From NCBI GenBank assembly GCA_009859145.1, contig VRVR01000040.1:210770-274769 (forward strand): a stretch of 64,000 nt of DNA, in the 5' to 3' direction. Shown here piece by piece: positions 42,110 through 52,331 of the stretch (position 1 is the stretch's first letter; every line of letters begins with the position of its first letter). The DNA is from Andalucia godoyi And28. Its lineage: Eukaryota > Protista > Jakobida. The position numbers and the translations under genes are program-made. The notes beneath the pieces were generated by a model that made no database searches, was not told the DNA's origin, and saw only the letters and a program-made list of their open reading frames with translations.

Positions 42110-42205
42110 TACATTATACACTGAACATGCATATCTATGAACAGACATGCATATTCAGTCTTGCATCCCGTTGCCGGGAAGGGGATAGGGCCCCAACACA
42201 CCTCA
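42110..42205 (-). ncRNA. Putative Fanzor omegaRNA scaffold / element right end
   Basis: On the minus strand there is a UCCCG-GCAA-CGGGA tetraloop hairpin and a 16-bp hairpin (42121-42158) whose two mismatches are G-U wobbles only on this strand. It overlaps the Fanzor stop codon. Confidence 0.55.
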
Positions 42206-42430
42206 CGGCGCTCTTCAGATAAATGTTCCGCGCTCCGTTCCCAATCTCGATCAATCTGCGAGCTACACGCGGGACATGCAAACACTTTGCTGCTTCCGCC
42301 TCGACGTGCATGGATCTCACCGCAGCGCCCGCACGTTTTGGACGTGTGCTCCTCCGTCACGATGGCAACATGGCGCTCGCGATACTCGGTCGCCTTATGG
42401 AACAAACGTTGCAAAAAGTGAAGCCAACGA
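42135..42430 (-). pseudogene. Fanzor2/IS607-TnpB C-terminal fragment (Zn finger + RuvC-III)
   Basis: WLHFLQRLFHKATEY...VTEEHTSKTCGRCG...KVFACPACSSQIDRDW, then a +1 frameshift into NGARNIYLK. Confidence 0.9.
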
Positions 42431-42836
42431 ATGATAGAATAGATGGCTACGGATGCTGCGTTAAAGAGTGTCGAAAATGCGGAGCGTGTGTCACCAGCTG
42501 AATTTTGGCCGAGCGTACGTAAGCACGAATTCCCCTGTGGAACAAACGTGCAAGTGTCGGCCAGTGTCGATCGTGTCAACAGTCGTCACGCGATTCGGGT
42601 TCGTGATGTCACTGCTGGTCACAGGGATTGTCACTCCTTGATGCCTGAACGGCTGACACGACTCCGCACAGACTGAACGGCCTTATATAAAAACAGGTTT
42701 GCGCAACGTTTTTGTTCTTTCCTTTCTTCCTTTCTTTTATTTTCTATTCTTTTCCCCTCCTCTTCCCCCTTCTTTTCTTTTCATCCACACAACCCCCCCA
42801 CACACTCCCAGACCCACCCGTTACCGCAGACAGAAA

Positions 42837-42959
42837 ATGGCCGACCAAAACAAGTCCACCGCCGACAAGGCAAAAGAGAAGGCGACTGCCGCCAAGGACA
42901 AGATCTCCTCAGGATTCTCCTCTTTGAAGGACAAGGTCAGTGGAGGCAAGAAGGAGTAA
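42837..42959 (+). CDS. 40-aa hydrophilic LEA-like peptide gene embedded in the Fanzor relic
   Basis: MADQNKSTADKAKEKATAAKDKISSGFSSLKDKVSGGKKE*. TATATAAAA at about 42684, pyrimidine tract (possible 5' UTR intron) and AAAATG start context. Confidence 0.6.
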   Translation: MADQNKSTADKAKEKATAAKDKISSGFSSLKDKVSGGKKE

Positions 42960-43199
42960 AAAAGACCTTCTCCCCTCCTGGGAACGTCAAGTCGGGGCTG
43001 CCCAAGGAAGGTGGATCTCGAGATCCCTTCCACACGAGCAAAAGCCGGTCACGTCTTAGCAAAAAGAGTAAAGCGCTCACTTGAAATCAACACCTCGCAT
43101 TTTCCGTCAGTTTCTGCTAATGCTTGCGGCCAAACTTTTGTATGCTGACAATGCATTTTTTAAACAAAACTTTAAACCAATACGTAGCGCTAGGTGCTG

Positions 43200-43435
43200 A
43201 GAAGGGTACGCACGACGGCAGCAGCACCTGTCGTGCAGTCTTGCATCGAATGCGGCGTTTTCTTCCCTTCTGTCGGGCCCCTCCGCACCACACGAGACAT
43301 GTGGAATTCCGGAAGTGGAATGCAGCCATGTTCCTCACACAGCCATTTCGCAAGTTTGCGATGCATGACTGTCGTCAGGTTGCGGATCTTCTGACATATT
43401 CGCAACTGCGCACGACCCATCGCGTACCGCTACAC
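43200..43435 (-). pseudogene. Fanzor2/TnpB central fragment (bridge helix + RuvC-II)
   Basis: RYAMGRAQLRICQKIRNLTTVMHRKLAKWLCEEHGCIPLPEFHMSRVVRR, then a frameshift into KRRIRCKTARQVLL. Confidence 0.85.
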
Positions 43436-43467
43436 GGCACCGGAATAAGGACAAAGTATGCCCAATG

Positions 43468-45393
43468 TTATAAGAGATATACAGTGGAGACAATGCCGTC
43501 GTCAATATCAATGTATCGAGCAACGCCCTGGCTCAGGGTCTGGATCCACAATCGGCGGTCCACGAGTTGCAGTCGGAAAGGCGCCCACAAGCTGGCTTCG
43601 AGCACACGGCCATCCTGCTCAATGTCCCATCCCCGGCCACCCACCACCGTCCAAACGCGCTGTGATTCCAGATCAATGCCGCGGACTGCATGGTTTCCGG
43701 TGTCGGCAACATAGACAACGTTTCGATGTGCGTCCCACACTGCGGAGCACGGCGTGTGAAAGCGAGCCGCACCGAGGGGTCCATCAACGTATCCAGATTG
43801 TCCTTCTTTTCCCGCGATTGTCAGCCTCGCAACAGACGATCTATGCTCCAAAGACAGTCCAAGACAGTGCACAACATGCAACACTGGATCCGCATCAAAC
43901 GCGGTTTGGGCGAGTCCAGACTGGAAAGAAGGGACTCGATTCAAGAGTGGAAGATGACTAAGAAGCTGGGTCGGAATGGGGGGTCTTGCTGGATGTGAGA
44001 TGCGCAAAATCGACACGGAAGGAATGGCAACATAAGCATCTGGAAACCGTGCGACGATGGACATGTTCTGACGCATGGAAGATTGCGCCAGCGATATGCA
44101 TTCTGTATGACCCAGACAATGGGCTTTTCCGTGCGATGCACAGAACAGGAACAGCCGGTGAATGGTTCTGGAATCCGCATCCAGCGCCAGCATTGTCATT
44201 GGCGACGTCGAGTACAACGAGAAAGCCGTCCATTTTCCTGGACAGTCGATGACTTGCGCAGCCGTAGAATCCCACTGCGAAGCGTTCCACAGCACAAATG
44301 CACCAACCCCACTGGCCACGACTGTTCCATCCATGAGAGAGACGTCCGTGAAAGTTATCGGAGAGGACGCATCCCCAACGACAACGCGTCTCATTTCGCC
44401 ACCGTTCTCACTCCCGACTTGAGAAACCAAGGAAAACGTCCACAGTTCCCCCTTTCCGTTCAGTATCCACAATCGATGGTGGTGGGACACCATTTTGGAC
44501 ACATGGTGCTTTGAAAGATCAGTCGTTTTCCGAAGACACTGGAGCGTACCCTGGTTAAGATCCATGCCGTAGGACCGAATGCACAAGCCATCGTACAGAA
44601 GCAGCTCTTGCGACGGTGCATCGAAGCACAGTGCGGAGGCAACAGGGAGCTCGTGAAAGCTGAGTAGTGGAAGCGACGGCGCAAACCATCCTCGGTCCGA
44701 GCACATGACAAGATGATTCTCGGAAATCGAAGCGCCGGCAGCACCGCCGAGAGCACCCCCACAGGAAGCAGACGATGGAATCACACATGCAGCATAAAAC
44801 AAAGCAGGAGAGTCGTCCATGCGCTTCATAATCCAATCGCCTTCCACATGGACCAGGAAGCGTTCAATGGAATGCAAGAGCTGGAATTCAAGCGTTTCGT
44901 CGTTGGGATCCAGATGAACAAGCGATTGAATATCGCCTGCAGAAACAAAACAAGCAGACGGCTTCCAAGACTTATGCACACCAGATTGCGTGCTATCCGT
45001 CTTCAATTCGCTGCACAGCATTGGAGCCGCAATCTTTTTCATGTCTGGATAATCGACGAGGACAGATAGTTTGAAGCCCGAAGAGTACGATGACGTTGCA
45101 AATCGGTACCATAGCAGCGAATGCACCTTCCCTTCAGTCTCTGCAGATCGAATGACTGCTGTAGAAGGCCGTCCGCGAGAATGAGCATCCGCGGCTGCAT
45201 CTTGCGAATGGTACTGGATATTTCGCCGAAACAAGGAAACAATCCTGCTGCAGAATGGAAGAGTTGGCGGCTGTGTTTGGGGAGGTAAGCAATGTGCATT
45301 GAGCCGCAGATTGCAATCTTCTCCGTCCTTCACAGGAAACCTTTGCGACAACCCAGAGCTAATGGAGTCGAGGCTCCACGAAGCGCCGTTCAT
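43468..45393 (-). CDS. Beta-propeller protein with C-terminal NHL repeats
   Basis: AGKEGQSGYVDG..ARFHTP..VYVADTGNHAVRGIDL. Confidence 0.75.
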   Translation of the reverse strand: MNGASWSLDSISSGLSQRFPVKDGEDCNLRLNAHCLPPQTQPPTLPFCSRIVSLFRRNIQYHSQDAAADAHSRGRPSTAVIRSAETEGKVHSLLWYRFATSSYSSGFKLSVLVDYPDMKKIAAPMLCSELKTDSTQSGVHKSWKPSACFVSAGDIQSLVHLDPNDETLEFQLLHSIERFLVHVEGDWIMKRMDDSPALFYAACVIPSSASCGGALGGAAGASISENHLVMCSDRGWFAPSLPLLSFHELPVASALCFDAPSQELLLYDGLCIRSYGMDLNQGTLQCLRKTTDLSKHHVSKMVSHHHRLWILNGKGELWTFSLVSQVGSENGGEMRRVVVGDASSPITFTDVSLMDGTVVASGVGAFVLWNASQWDSTAAQVIDCPGKWTAFSLYSTSPMTMLALDADSRTIHRLFLFCASHGKAHCLGHTECISLAQSSMRQNMSIVARFPDAYVAIPSVSILRISHPARPPIPTQLLSHLPLLNRVPSFQSGLAQTAFDADPVLHVVHCLGLSLEHRSSVARLTIAGKEGQSGYVDGPLGAARFHTPCSAVWDAHRNVVYVADTGNHAVRGIDLESQRVWTVVGGRGWDIEQDGRVLEASLWAPFRLQLVDRRLWIQTLSQGVARYIDIDDGIVSTVYLL

Positions 45394-45783
45394 CGCCAAT
45401 ATGATTGAAACCACGCCCTTTCCTCCCTCGTTTACAACAATTATAAAATATAAATAAAAAAATACGGAGACCTTTCTGCTTTTCTCCCCAAGCGTTTTTA
45501 CCAAACTGTCATTTTTTGAATTTGTTCGTTTCTCTTGCATATATAAAATAAATATATATATATATATATATGTATACATATTGGGGGGTGTGTGTTGCGA
45601 GCATCATCACGTGATGCTGTCTTTCCAAAAGCCCGGCAGTGGTGAACAGCAAGACACAGCGACTCATGCTTCTTCTCCTCTTGGATAAAAAAATGCAAAA
45701 ACCTGAATATTTTCTTTTCTTTTCATATCCCTCTCACCTCTTGCTTAGGTTTGCGGACGGAATAGACGCGTGGTGGGGAAGGA

Positions 45784-47193
45784 ATGGCAGAGTCCAGAGG
45801 CCAAGGAGAGGCAAGCGCGGGAACTCTGTCTCAGCATCTGCTGTCCGTGAGGGAGAGGTTGGAAAAACAGCGAATTGCACAAAGTATTTATGTGCCATCC
45901 GAGGACGCCGAGATGCAAGCTGCGCTTTCCCAGCGTGGGTTTCCGGCTGCGATTGACGGAGAGGACTTGTATGCACGAAGGCAAAGACTCAAGCAGGCGT
46001 TGGTGGAGGAAGCTTGGTCGGCGATGAACGGCCCCAGTGCCGAAGCCGAGCGAAATGAAGACGCAGACGCAGACGCAGACGATGACGTGGAGATGGGAAC
46101 TGCAAAGGTCGCCGAGGAGCACTGGGAGGAGGGGTCGAGTGTCATCAAAGAATGGAGACTGCAGATTGCGCAGTCGTCCTTCAGGAATGCGTACCGTAGA
46201 AATCTGCGGAAGAATATGCCGATGGAGTCCACTGTTTCTTCGTCGCAGAACTATGCGGAACTCACAACGATCGCTTCCCAGATTGGTTCGGACCGACCGT
46301 TGTCGAGCGTTGCATACGTCCCATGGACCGATTCCATATGGGTGGGCTGTTTCGGAGGCAGCGTCCATTCCTTCTCGACGGACTATCTGACCGGAAATGG
46401 CCGAGTTGGATGTCTGGATGGCCGAGCGGCTTGCATGGATGTTTGTGCGTGGAGCAAGCTTGTTGCGTGTGGCAGTGGGTCTGGGGCGCTACATTTGTGT
46501 TATCCGTCGGACAAGGACGAGTCCCATGTCTTTAGTTCGTTTTCGTTGCATCAGAATCGCGTTTCTGACATCGCCTGGCATCCCCATCTTCCCTTGCTTC
46601 TTGCTTCGTCCCATGACTCGACGTTTTCCGTGAACGTCGTTCGCGAGGCTGCATTGGATGTACTGTATCGACAATCAGGACATCAGCGGCCCGTACATGC
46701 AATTTCCGTGCACATGGACGGGGGTCTCCTGGCGTCTGCCGATGCTGAGGGGCTTGTTTCCTTGTGGGACTTGCGTGTAGGGAAACCCGTTGCGCTTCTC
46801 AGCGATCACATCCGAGATGCATTTGACGTCTCCTTCAGCCCCGTGGATCCGTACTGTTTGGTCTCTGTCGGCGCCGACTGTTTCTTGCGCCAAATTGATG
46901 TTCGCAATATGCAAGGCTCGCCGCAGTCTGCTGGATCCAGCCAGAAGCACGTTGTCGCTGCTATCCCGGCGCACTCGTCTGCTATAGTCCTGGCATCTTT
47001 TATCGGTCAATCTTCGTTGCTGGTTTCCGCGGATATCAGTGGCGTCATCAAGATCTGGGATGGGCAGCATCAAATAGCGGAGGTTGCTGCACATTCGGGA
47101 ATCGTCTTTGATGTGGCCGAGCTGCCCGGCGGAAGTCTTGTGTCGGTTTCGCACGATCAGACACTCAAACTGCTGTCGTCGTCGCAAGCATGA
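45784..47193 (+). CDS. PRPF4: U4/U6 snRNP WD40 protein PRP4
   Basis: SFM domain (GFPAAIDGEDLYARRQRL), SQIGSDRPLS and WD repeats (QSGHQRPVHAISVHMDGGLLAS..LWDLRVGK). Confidence 0.85.
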   Translation: MAESRGQGEASAGTLSQHLLSVRERLEKQRIAQSIYVPSEDAEMQAALSQRGFPAAIDGEDLYARRQRLKQALVEEAWSAMNGPSAEAERNEDADADADDDVEMGTAKVAEEHWEEGSSVIKEWRLQIAQSSFRNAYRRNLRKNMPMESTVSSSQNYAELTTIASQIGSDRPLSSVAYVPWTDSIWVGCFGGSVHSFSTDYLTGNGRVGCLDGRAACMDVCAWSKLVACGSGSGALHLCYPSDKDESHVFSSFSLHQNRVSDIAWHPHLPLLLASSHDSTFSVNVVREAALDVLYRQSGHQRPVHAISVHMDGGLLASADAEGLVSLWDLRVGKPVALLSDHIRDAFDVSFSPVDPYCLVSVGADCFLRQIDVRNMQGSPQSAGSSQKHVVAAIPAHSSAIVLASFIGQSSLLVSADISGVIKIWDGQHQIAEVAAHSGIVFDVAELPGGSLVSVSHDQTLKLLSSSQA

Positions 47194-47720
47194 AATGAAG
47201 CACTTGACGCGTGCTAGCGATCCACTTCCAAACTCCCTCCGTTTTTTCATTGCTATTGTTAATGTAACCGTAAAATATATGTAACGTTATATATGCGAGT
47301 GTGTATGCGTGCTTCTGCGTAGTGTTTATTTCCGGGGGAGGAGGGCTCACTGTGCCTTTTTTTTTTGGCGCTGCTGCCAGTCGTATGCCTGCACTTTCCG
47401 TTGCACACAATCGTCACCCCCGTCCCCCGTATTCAATTGATGCTGCCCAATTTTCCCTCCGTTTTGGAGACACCGAAGCCGGAAAGGTTACCCATTTCCC
47501 CAGTATTTCAGTCTTCAGGGTTTTCTTCTTCTTTTCGTCAGCTCCGAAACCGACCAGCTATCAGCTTTATGAACGGCGAAAGAGCCCGTCAGCGGTAATC
47601 TCAGTTCCAGCGATGCAGCCTCGTTCTCCTCCTTCCTCACATTGTCCACGCAGTCACTCGCGCGTTCGCACATACGCATACGAACATATTGACGGATGTC
47701 CACAGAGCAAAAGCGAAAGG

Positions 47721-50639
47721 ATGCTGTGGCGTCGACCGCATGTTTCGTTCCTGATTGTCCTTTGTCTGTGCTTGCTGACTGCATATGCTAACGCTGCTGC
47801 TACGGGACCACTGAAAACTCTGATGTGTGCAAACGCCCAATTCTTCAATGCAATGACCATGCAGTGCGAGGTGTGCCCGACTGGCCAAGTAACATCTGCT
47901 GACGGAGCGTCATGTACATGCGCACGGCCAATGATTATTGCGTTCAATGCAGACAGAGCCACGATCGCGTCGTGTCAGTCCTGTCCGACAAACCAAGTTG
48001 CAGATGCAATGCAGCAGACTTGCATCACCTGTCCTTCGGGAACGTCCAATACGACTGGAGGATGCGTGTGTGCTGTCAATCAGTTTACCGTTTCTTCAGG
48101 GACTATCGGAGCTTGCGAGGCTTGCCAGTCGAATCAAAAGCCATCCTCGAGCGGCTTCGGGTGCGTGGACTGTCCCGATCCCGTGCGTATGACGTACGAC
48201 ACGGTCAACCAGCTCAACTGCCAATGCCCTTCCGGATTTGTTGATGCAAACGGCGCCTGCGTGTCGACGAACACGACATCGGATCCGTCATTGGGAGGAT
48301 ATCTGTCGCTTGGAACGGCAGGGTTCGTTTCTTACAAGACCATTGGGGTTACCTTTTCTTCTGGACTGCTCCAGTACTACTATGTTTCTGCGTTCCAGAG
48401 ATGTGCTTTCAGTAACAATCAAACGGCGTGTCATGAACTGGTGAACCTGTGCGTGCTACAGTTGTATGATCAATCCACACGACCATGTCAAGCATATCTT
48501 GCCGTTTATTCGCGCGCTTCGTCGACTGCTGTGAACGGAGTGAATGGATGGCCGAACAATGTCCCATGGCTGTTCTTTGCCACCGGATACGATCCGTCAT
48601 CCGACAAATCCTACTCTCAGAAGTTCGCACTCTCTGCTTCTGGAACAAAGGTCACCCAACTGCCGTTCTGGCTTGCAGTGTACGACATAAACGGGCTGTT
48701 TTTGGGCTGGAATCAGTTGGGAGGTGAGCTTCTGCTGTGCCCTGGCAACCCGCTGGCCCAGATCCAGTATCTTCGTTTTGGATTCGACACGACCATTGAC
48801 TGCAATTTCGTCTTGGAGACAGTGCTACGATGGGCCTCGTCGCGTTTCTTTGAGCTATATTTGCTGGATTCAGACAACGTCATGCGTGCTGTTCCAGTCG
48901 ATGCCGGTACGGGAACGTATGTTCGACGATTTTTTGTGTACGACAATCTCAGTGGCCAAGCTCCTATTGGTTCTGTTCCACAATACGTTCGCGTGGCCAA
49001 GAAGTTTTCTCTTGCTGTGAATTTGCGCACAGATTCCCTATCTCAAATTTATATGCCTGTTTTGAAGGTTACATATGTTGAAAGTGCAATGTTGTCGCCG
49101 AGCGCGCCGACCGTTCCGTATGCAAACATCACTACAAAATCGCCGACGTCGTCTTCACCCAGTACGAGTTTTGTCACAACCTACACCATGGATTACTCGG
49201 AATTCCTGACACGTATCTTGATTGCCTTCATTTTCATTGGCATCTTTATGCTGATTGCATGGGCGTTTCGAATGTTTGTGTTTGTGCGATGCCGCATGTC
49301 TTCGAATCTCGATGGCGAGTGGTTCCTGCGCGCGATTATTTCGCTTGTCAGCACAGCCGGCGATTTCCTTTTTCTCTTTGTTGTGGGAGTGTCCATTTAT
49401 TTCTGGGTGGTCTTCAAGTACCAGTCGGACATCTCCCTGCTGATTCCCCCGAATTCGGTGACGACGATGTTTTATACCATAATCGTTGTGTGCTTGGTTG
49501 GTAAGACTTTGAATCTTGTGATGCAGATGCTGATTCAGTCCCGCATCGATGTCTTTTTTGTGGACTGGGAGAAAACGCGGGGTAGATTTGTTGCGAAACA
49601 GCCTGGCCAACGAGGGAAAATGGCTCCTGTGAGTATTTGGAGAACGTTGTTTGTTGCGAATGAATGGAACGAATTGCAGACTATCCGGAAAACATCCTTG
49701 GAATTGACTCTTTTTCTTCTGGTGCTGGTTTTGATCGGTTTTGATGTCATCTCCTGGGCCACACCGGTTCCGAGCGGTTCCGACATCACGACAACAACCA
49801 CCAATCCGTTGTTGCGATTCGCAGTCACCACCCTATTTTGGTTTGTTTTTGTTATCGGACAGTTGTTGCTGAATTGGCTTATCATTCATCGATTCATCAG
49901 TAATCCATTGACGGATTTTGTTGATCTCGTCTCACTCGCAAACATTTCCGTGTTTATATTGAGAGAATCGCACCATGGCTACTACATTCACGGTAGATCG
50001 GTGCATCCGAATTCCGATGCAACGATGTTGGAACTCCGGCATAACATGCAGAAGGAAGAGGACAATGTGGTGGCCCAGCGAGGGATGATGCCGGATTCCG
50101 ATTGCCAGACGTTTGAGATGTTTATCACGGCAGACACGCGCCAGGAGTTGAACGACATGCTCTGGTTCCGCATCGCAGAATTCATCATGCAGCGAGACAA
50201 TCCTGCCAGCGTTCGCGGTGGAACAGCTGCCAAAATGTCGCGCTTGCCGACCGTGAACCTTGTGAAACAGTACGTCAGCATGAATCGGTGCTTGAAGTCG
50301 TTCATCGATCGAATTCAGACCAGCCCAGATCATGTTCGTCTGCGATCGTTCTGGCACAGGGCATTCGGCATCCCTCCCGATGTGTCCGCATTTCAGAAAG
50401 ACATTTTCTTTTACGACGATCCTGACTGTTTCTCGTCCATTTTGTTGTTTGGAATGGAGTGGAATCTGGTGTTCTTCAATCTTCTTTTGTTTTGTGTTGT
50501 CGATTGGTCGATCCAGAATATTGTACTTTCCGCGATCATCACCTGGCTGGTCGACAAGGTCTACATTTTTCTGCGGGGATGGCTTGGGGAGCGCAACTTG
50601 TCGGAAAAGACGCTTATTGACGGCAGATTTTTGCTTTAA
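47721..50639 (+). CDS. TMEM67: Meckelin (ciliary transition-zone protein)
   Basis: Signal peptide, Cys-rich ectodomain, RRFFVYDNLSG, IDVFFVDWEK, WRTLFVANEWNELQT, FVDLVSLANISVF, GYYIHGRSVHP and NLSEKTLIDGRFLL. Confidence 0.95.
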   Translation: MLWRRPHVSFLIVLCLCLLTAYANAAATGPLKTLMCANAQFFNAMTMQCEVCPTGQVTSADGASCTCARPMIIAFNADRATIASCQSCPTNQVADAMQQTCITCPSGTSNTTGGCVCAVNQFTVSSGTIGACEACQSNQKPSSSGFGCVDCPDPVRMTYDTVNQLNCQCPSGFVDANGACVSTNTTSDPSLGGYLSLGTAGFVSYKTIGVTFSSGLLQYYYVSAFQRCAFSNNQTACHELVNLCVLQLYDQSTRPCQAYLAVYSRASSTAVNGVNGWPNNVPWLFFATGYDPSSDKSYSQKFALSASGTKVTQLPFWLAVYDINGLFLGWNQLGGELLLCPGNPLAQIQYLRFGFDTTIDCNFVLETVLRWASSRFFELYLLDSDNVMRAVPVDAGTGTYVRRFFVYDNLSGQAPIGSVPQYVRVAKKFSLAVNLRTDSLSQIYMPVLKVTYVESAMLSPSAPTVPYANITTKSPTSSSPSTSFVTTYTMDYSEFLTRILIAFIFIGIFMLIAWAFRMFVFVRCRMSSNLDGEWFLRAIISLVSTAGDFLFLFVVGVSIYFWVVFKYQSDISLLIPPNSVTTMFYTIIVVCLVGKTLNLVMQMLIQSRIDVFFVDWEKTRGRFVAKQPGQRGKMAPVSIWRTLFVANEWNELQTIRKTSLELTLFLLVLVLIGFDVISWATPVPSGSDITTTTTNPLLRFAVTTLFWFVFVIGQLLLNWLIIHRFISNPLTDFVDLVSLANISVFILRESHHGYYIHGRSVHPNSDATMLELRHNMQKEEDNVVAQRGMMPDSDCQTFEMFITADTRQELNDMLWFRIAEFIMQRDNPASVRGGTAAKMSRLPTVNLVKQYVSMNRCLKSFIDRIQTSPDHVRLRSFWHRAFGIPPDVSAFQKDIFFYDDPDCFSSILLFGMEWNLVFFNLLLFCVVDWSIQNIVLSAIITWLVDKVYIFLRGWLGERNLSEKTLIDGRFLL

Positions 50640-50897
50640 GTCCCTCCCCTCCCCTTTTTTTTTCTTTCTCTTCTTCTTGTATATTGAACATGGAAAGGGA
50701 AAGAAATTGTCTTGTTCTTTTATATTTTATTTTTGATTTTTTGGTTGCTCCCTTATGTATTGAATGAAAAATAAACCAAATAAAAATAAATAAATACTAA
50801 CAATAATTTAATTTAAAAAAAACTCTCCCTTCACTCAAATAAATAAACTGTAATGCATCGGCGCTCTGGCGGAAGACATCTGGGATGCACCAGGCAT

Positions 50898-52331
50898 CTA
50901 AGGAACCATGACAATGTCTCGCCCCGCCTCTGCTTCAAACATTTCCAGCTGTCCCACACGGCTTCGGGCCAGAAGCGCAGCCGCGGAATTCGGGGCCTTT
51001 TCCGTTGCAGAAATCCGATAGATGGAAAAATTCAGAATCGCAAACACCCCGCAAACGAAAAGGGAAGCAGCAGGCACCGCCCACATCGACCACGCCGCAT
51101 TTGTCGAAGCAACTGCGTTGAACAAAAACGGGTATGTTGCACATCCTGCGATCGAACCGAGCAAATGCAGCGCGATGGCTGCGGTCGCAACCTCCTCCCG
51201 CGCTGCTTCATCGGTCGTAATTTGAGACACCACTCGAACAGACAACGGGAAGAAGGCGCCAAGAGCTCCAAACAGACCAATCCCGACAACGTAAACCGCA
51301 GTGTTCGACGCAAAGGCGAGCATGAGAGAGCCCACCAAGGCGCAGACAAGGGCAGTCAGTGTCATGATCCGCGGCCCAAAGATTTCTCCAGAAATTTTGC
51401 TGGCAAGCATCAGAGAAAAGAACGCGGCAGTCGCCGAGTTGAGGGCGAGGCTCAGCGCATACGTCGTCCCCGCAGAGGAAGCAAACGACCTCTCCAAAAG
51501 GTCAAAGTACGCGATGGTCGGCACTGCAGCTAATGCGTAGCTCGCAAGGAAGCTGCAGACTACCCACAAACGGAAGAACGGTACGTGCAGCGCTGAAAAC
51601 AGTATGGATCCAAGAGGATTCAATTTCGTCAGAGAAAAAGCAGATTGGTCCACGGCCACATTCTTCTGGCGGAAGACAAGCTCACTGTTTGGGCCGTTCA
51701 TCAACATGAAAACGGAAACCGCTGCTACGAACACGGTCCACACTGCAAGAATAAAAAACAGAATTTGGAACGAGTGGGTCATACCGACTGCCCAGATCCA
51801 GGCAGCACTCAGCAAACTCCCAAAAATCAGTGCGGATCGAACACCGGCAAAGTGGTGAACGGCAAAGTACTTGGAGACTGCGTCGGGGGCCAGAATCGTT
51901 CGGTTGCCGACAGAAGCCAGTGCTTTTTCTCCAACCACCAGATTGGAAACAATCGTGAATCCAACAGAGCAGCCGATGATGGCCGTTCCCACATACGCCA
52001 GAGGCAGAACGGCCGTGTTGAAGACGACGCCCAGCAGGAATATGCCCATAAAGCAAGCAAAAAATGACGTAAGGAATGCAACTCGTCGACTGAACAAACC
52101 AGCCAGAAGACAAAACACCGGAACCGCACAGAATTCCACCACGTGCATAAGACCAAAGGACAGCGCATTCGCAAACACGCTCTTGCTTAGATCGTTATCC
52201 GTAACATCCATGAGATACAGCGGAAGCACTATTCTGTGTATCGTCAATGCTAACATGATGCAAAACGTGATCAGCGTGATCCTCGACGTATCCTTGAAGA
52301 TACTGCCGAAGGACGGGGCTAGAGAACTCAT
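50898..52331 (-). CDS. MFS transporter
   Basis: About 12 TM segments; LAGLFSRRV and KISGEIFGPR loop motifs. Confidence 0.8.
   Translation of the reverse strand: MSSLAPSFGSIFKDTSRITLITFCIMLALTIHRIVLPLYLMDVTDNDLSKSVFANALSFGLMHVVEFCAVPVFCLLAGLFSRRVAFLTSFFACFMGIFLLGVVFNTAVLPLAYVGTAIIGCSVGFTIVSNLVVGEKALASVGNRTILAPDAVSKYFAVHHFAGVRSALIFGSLLSAAWIWAVGMTHSFQILFFILAVWTVFVAAVSVFMLMNGPNSELVFRQKNVAVDQSAFSLTKLNPLGSILFSALHVPFFRLWVVCSFLASYALAAVPTIAYFDLLERSFASSAGTTYALSLALNSATAAFFSLMLASKISGEIFGPRIMTLTALVCALVGSLMLAFASNTAVYVVGIGLFGALGAFFPLSVRVVSQITTDEAAREEVATAAIALHLLGSIAGCATYPFLFNAVASTNAAWSMWAVPAASLFVCGVFAILNFSIYRISATEKAPNSAAALLARSRVGQLEMFEAEAGRDIVMVP

Noticed and set aside
47301-47720. N-terminal extensions predicted by the ORF track for TMEM67 and several other genes
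   Set aside because: They use GTG/TTG starts or run through low-complexity UTR sequence. Downstream ATGs give proper signal peptides or homologous N-termini.
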